Part shown: positions 26,027 to 28,591 of the stretch, piece by piece
Layout: each line of letters starts with the position of its first letter
Position numbering within the stretch: position 1 is the first letter of the stretch
Translations under genes and position numbers: made by a program
Source of the DNA: a virus
Lineage: Duplodnaviria > Caudoviricetes
DNA: 28,591 nucleotides
Reading direction: 5' to 3' (one strand)
IMG/VR virus record: IMGVR_UViG_3300045580_000204
Span: 1-28,591 of that record
The notes under the pieces: model-generated
Told to the model about the DNA's origin: nothing
Databases searched by the model: none
The model's input: only the letters and a program-made list of their open reading frames with translations

Positions 26027-26436
26027 GGTAGGTCTCCGTTTCGTACGATGACAGCCGGCAGCATGAGCACTGCCGGGTGGTGGCCTGCGCCCGCCAGCAG
26101 GCGGACGGCGTCAGTGGGCATGTCGAGCAGGTTGGCGCAGTCGTCCCACGCTATGAGCGCAGCGCAGGCGTCCCATGCAGCGTCCCACGCTATGAGCGCA
26201 GCGCGGGCGGCCCATGCAGCGTCCCGTGCAGCGTCCCATGCAGCGTCCCATGCGTCGTCCCGAGCGGCGACCCAAGCGGCGGCCCATGCGTCGTCCCGAG
26301 CGGCGGTCCGAGCGGCGGTCCGAGTGGCGTCCCGAGCGGCGTCCCGAGCGGCGTCCCATTTCTGTGGGTCGGACTTGAGACTGGCCAGCACCCAGTCGAT
26401 GTGCCGAGCGTTCGGCAGGTGTGCCCATGCGGTCAT
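26023..26436 (-). CDS. [W/R]xAA tetrapeptide-repeat protein, copy C
   Basis: 137 aa; third gene of the tandem trio; duplicated AALIAWD. Confidence 0.8.
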   Translation of the reverse strand: MTAWAHLPNARHIDWVLASLKSDPQKWDAARDAARDATRTAARTAARDDAWAAAWVAARDDAWDAAWDAARDAAWAARAALIAWDAAWDACAALIAWDDCANLLDMPTDAVRLLAGAGHHPAVLMLPAVIVRNGDLP

Positions 26437-26879
26437 GATGTTTCTCCGTTTCTCACAATGACAGCCGGCAGCAGGAGTACTGCCGGGTGGTGGCCTGCGC
26501 CCGCCAGCAGGCGGACGGCGTCAGTGGGCATGTCGAGCAGGTTGGCGCAGTCGTCCCACGATATGAGCGCAGCGCAGGCGTCCCATGCAGCGTCCCAGGC
26601 GGCGGTCCGAGCTGCGGTCCATGCAGCGCCCCATGCAGCGTCCCGTGCAGCGTCCCATGCAGCGTCCCATGCAGCGCCCCGTGCAGCGTCCCATGCAACG
26701 GTCCAAGTGGCGTCCCGAGCGGCGGTCCAAGTGGCGTCCCGAGCGGCGTCCCGAGTGGTGCCCCGAGTGGTGCCCCGAGCGGCGTCCCGAGTGGCGGTCC
26801 ATTTCTGCGGGTCGGCCCTGACGCTGGCCAGCACCCAGTCGATGTGCCGAGCGTTCGGCAGGTGTGCCCATGCGGTCAT
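26433..26879 (-). CDS. [W/R]xAA tetrapeptide-repeat protein, copy D (19 units)
   Basis: 148 aa; ATGA-coupled on both sides. Confidence 0.8.
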   Translation of the reverse strand: MTAWAHLPNARHIDWVLASVRADPQKWTATRDAARGTTRGTTRDAARDATWTAARDATWTVAWDAARGAAWDAAWDAARDAAWGAAWTAARTAAWDAAWDACAALISWDDCANLLDMPTDAVRLLAGAGHHPAVLLLPAVIVRNGETS

Positions 26880-27289
26880 GATGCTTCTCCGTTTCTCACA
26901 ATGACAGCCGGCAGCAGGAGTACTGCCGGGTGGTGGCCTGCGCCCGCCAGCAGGCGGACGGCGTCAGTGGGCATGTCGAGCAGGTTGGCACAGTCGTCCC
27001 ACGCTATGAGCGCAGCGCAGGCGACCCAAGCGGCGGCCCATGCAGCGTCCCATGCAGCGCCCCGTGCAGCGTCCCATGCAGCGTCCCAGGCGGCGGTCCG
27101 AGCTGCGGTCCATGCAGCGCCCCATGCAGCGTCCCGAGCGGCGTCCCGAGCGGCGGCCCGAGCGGCGACCCAAGCGGCGGCCCATGCGTCGTCCCGAGCG
27201 GCGACCCATTTCTGCGGGTCGGCCTTGGCGCTGGCCAGCACCCAGTCGATGTGCCGAGCGTTCGGCAGGTGTGCCCATTCTGTGGCCAT
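26876..27289 (-). CDS. [W/R]xAA tetrapeptide-repeat protein, copy E (16 units); first gene of the early operon
   Basis: 137 aa from MATEW; AGGAGA RBS. Confidence 0.8.
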   Translation of the reverse strand: MATEWAHLPNARHIDWVLASAKADPQKWVAARDDAWAAAWVAARAAARDAARDAAWGAAWTAARTAAWDAAWDAARGAAWDAAWAAAWVACAALIAWDDCANLLDMPTDAVRLLAGAGHHPAVLLLPAVIVRNGEAS

Positions 27290-27325
27290 TGCGTCTCTCC
27301 TATAAATAGTGTGTATCCGTATGCC

Positions 27326-27339
27326 GTCTAACGTTAGAG
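27326..27339. repeat. Palindrome site 12 GTCTAACGTTAGAg
   Basis: In the leader, upstream of copy E. Confidence 0.9.
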
Positions 27340-27622
27340 TCAGGCGGCATACAGCTACAGGGGCAAGCCCCTTAGCTTCGCGGACGATAGCTGGTTGTCG
27401 ATGCGATATATCCCACGTTTGTATTGTGGTCCCGCATCCGGGTGTGGTTGTCATGTGACTACATACTCCACACCACTAGCCGTTGCCCCGGAGGGCGGTG
27501 GCCCAGCAGCCAGCACGTTGTGCTGGAGTCTGTTCGGTCCGTGCAGACTTTTGATACCGCTGTATGTACTATGCGTTAGGTTTGCACGTTGCTCTTCGGG
27601 TAGACATCCCAACTAACAACCA

Positions 27623-27644
27623 CACGATCTAACGTTAGATCGTG
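27623..27644. repeat. Palindrome site 13, extended to 22 bp CACGATCTAACGTTAGATCGTG
   Basis: Perfect 22-bp palindrome in the leader. Confidence 0.9.
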
Positions 27645-27816
27645 GCACCCAGCATGTGTAGTCGCACAGGACACACGCCACGGTATCGCCCCGCTTGCAG
27701 GGGCACGTCTTCTCGCCGCAGGAACATTGGACTTCAGCACTTCTATGCGGTGCCTTATGCCTGTGTGTGCGGTTTCTGCTATGAGCAGCGACGGCTTGTA
27801 GCTCGCCGGGCCAAGC

Positions 27817-27830
27817 GTCTAAGGTTAGAC
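27817..27830. repeat. Palindrome site 14 GTCTAAgGTTAGAC
   Basis: Centre variant; downstream of boxA. Confidence 0.85.
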
Positions 27831-27858
27831 AAACTTAGTGGCGAAACTCGTAGTGGAC

Positions 27859-27870
27859 TGTTAAAGAGCG
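27859..27870 (-). promoter_or_regulatory. boxA antitermination element
   Basis: CGCTCTTTAACA lies about 30 nt after the predicted start site and is preceded by the hairpin CAAGTCG...CGACTTG (27874-27898). Confidence 0.75.
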
Positions 27871-27907
27871 GGGCAAGTCGTAGGCAATACTCGACTTGAT
27901 AGCTACA

Positions 27908-27936
27908 ATTGTAGCAGAATATATACCGCTTGTCAA
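27908..27936 (-). promoter_or_regulatory. Strong sigma70 early promoter
   Basis: TTGACA (27931-27936), 17 nt, TACAAT (27908-27913), with extended -10 TG. Confidence 0.85.
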
Positions 27937-27977
27937 GTTTATAGGGGTATAGGTTCGTTGCATGGTATGGGGGAAAA

Positions 27978-27991
27978 GTCTAACGTTAGAT
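27978..27991. repeat. Palindrome site 15 GTCTAACGTTAGAt
   Basis: About 40 bp upstream of the early promoter -35. Confidence 0.9.
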
Positions 27992-28026
27992 GGGCGGTCA
28001 CGCCTCGCGTGACCGTACCCACGAGG

Positions 28027-28425
28027 TCACTCGTCTCCGTCGGATGCCCAGGCGGACAAGACCCGTTCCTTCTCGGTCGGCTCGTCGGGCACATCCTGCC
28101 AGCCGTCGAGCGCAGCCAGCGCCGCAGAGGGCGCGCCGCCCGTCCCGAGCGATCCCAGCAGGGCCTGGGCAGCAGGCACCAGGGGCGCGTATTTGGTCGC
28201 GCCCAGCGCAGCCAGCGCCGCCTCGGCCGCCGGCAAGTCCCGCACGGTCGCCGCGCCAAGGAACTGCTGCAGGAGGTCCTGCGGGTCCGCGCCAAGGGCG
28301 CGCAGTCGGGCAGCGATCACGCCCACGCGCTGGCGACTGATGCCCAAGGTTTTCGCAACGGCAGCATGGGACTGCCCCGTTGCCAGCAAGTTGCGGACGT
28401 TGCTCATGTGAGGGGTCAAAGACAT
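28027..28425 (-). CDS. Helix-turn-helix protein
   Basis: 132 aa; AAGGAG RBS; GQSHAAVAKTLGISRQRVGVI fits an HTH pattern. Confidence 0.75.
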   Translation of the reverse strand: MSLTPHMSNVRNLLATGQSHAAVAKTLGISRQRVGVIAARLRALGADPQDLLQQFLGAATVRDLPAAEAALAALGATKYAPLVPAAQALLGSLGTGGAPSAALAALDGWQDVPDEPTEKERVLSAWASDGDE

Positions 28426-28448
28426 GGAAGGCTCCTTAGAAAGCCCAA

Positions 28449-28477
28449 AGTATAGCGGTGCGGGTGGGATATGGCAA
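28449..28477 (-). promoter_or_regulatory. sigma70 promoter for the HTH gene
   Basis: TTGCCA-17 nt-TATACT. Confidence 0.65.
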
Positions 28478-28577
28478 CGGGGCAACGTTGCGGGCAACTC
28501 CCGGCGAGGCGGGCGGCAACCCGCAGGCAACGGGGAGGCAACGGGGAGGCTAGACGATGCGGCAACGATGCGGCAAC
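28473..28577. repeat. Cluster of eight GGCAAC hexamers
   Basis: Copies at 28473, 28481, 28493, 28515, 28526, 28537, 28561 and 28572. Confidence 0.75.
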
Positions 28578-28591
28578 TAGGGTTTATGTAG

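Larger units (their letters stand above)
27300..27900 (-). ncRNA. Candidate long structured leader / ncRNA
   Basis: About 600 nt without a convincing ORF between the promoter and the first gene; several hairpins; three palindrome sites. Confidence 0.35.

Noticed and set aside
19843-27289. Diversity-generating retroelement (GAC to GCC/GGC/GTC changes look like A-to-N)
   Set aside because: There is no reverse transcriptase or non-coding template repeat in the window. Variation is mainly in unit number and order and includes TGG/CGG changes.
27290-27454. 55-aa N-terminal extension of repeat copy E in the ORF track
   Set aside because: Paralog alignment and the AGGAGA RBS place the start at 27289.
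12353-27991. The palindrome equals integron attC inverse core RYYYAAC (GTCTAAC) fused to core GTTRRRY (GTTAGAC), and often carries gene stop codons as cassettes do
   Set aside because: There is no spacer, L boxes or extrahelical bases, and no tyrosine recombinase in the window. Three variants alter the central bases of AAC/GTT, and three sites lie inside intact genes. A protein-binding site fits better, although a recombinational role is not fully excluded.
28393-28407. The HTH protein contains MSNVR, the peptide the palindrome encodes in one frame
   Set aside because: It is encoded AGC AAC GTC CGC, not the motif, so it is treated as coincidence.

Overview
A GC-rich segment of a tailed dsDNA phage genome, probably podovirus-like with a proteobacterial host (inferred from gene content and sigma70-type promoters). 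From left to right it holds three blocks. First is the 3' part of a large + strand polyvalent/internal virion protein (HExxH peptidase motif plus LPD38-like C-terminus). Second is a - strand replication and nucleotide-metabolism module: primase-helicase, HTH protein, putative SSB, SNF2-like helicase, HNH protein, Cas4/RecB-like nuclease, family A DNA polymerase, VRR-NUC, DUF3310, MazG-like and DEDD exonuclease. Third is a ~14 kb - strand early/accessory region of small genes, including a MoxR-like AAA+/vWA-peptidase pair, driven by a near-consensus sigma70 promoter with a boxA element and a ~600 nt structured leader. Two signals stand out. (1) There are 15 copies of the palindrome GTCTAA-CG-TTAGAC. 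Some are written into genes with rare Leu codons and others sit on stop or start codons. They become denser toward the early promoter, and three are exactly 2259 bp apart. (2) There is a family of five paralogous cassette genes plus one orphan fragment. Each has constant ends and a shuffled array of 12-bp [W/R]xAA repeats, bounded by a shared RBS/ATGA junction. No integrase, reverse transcriptase, tRNA or CRISPR array was seen. All family assignments come from motif recognition, not database searches.
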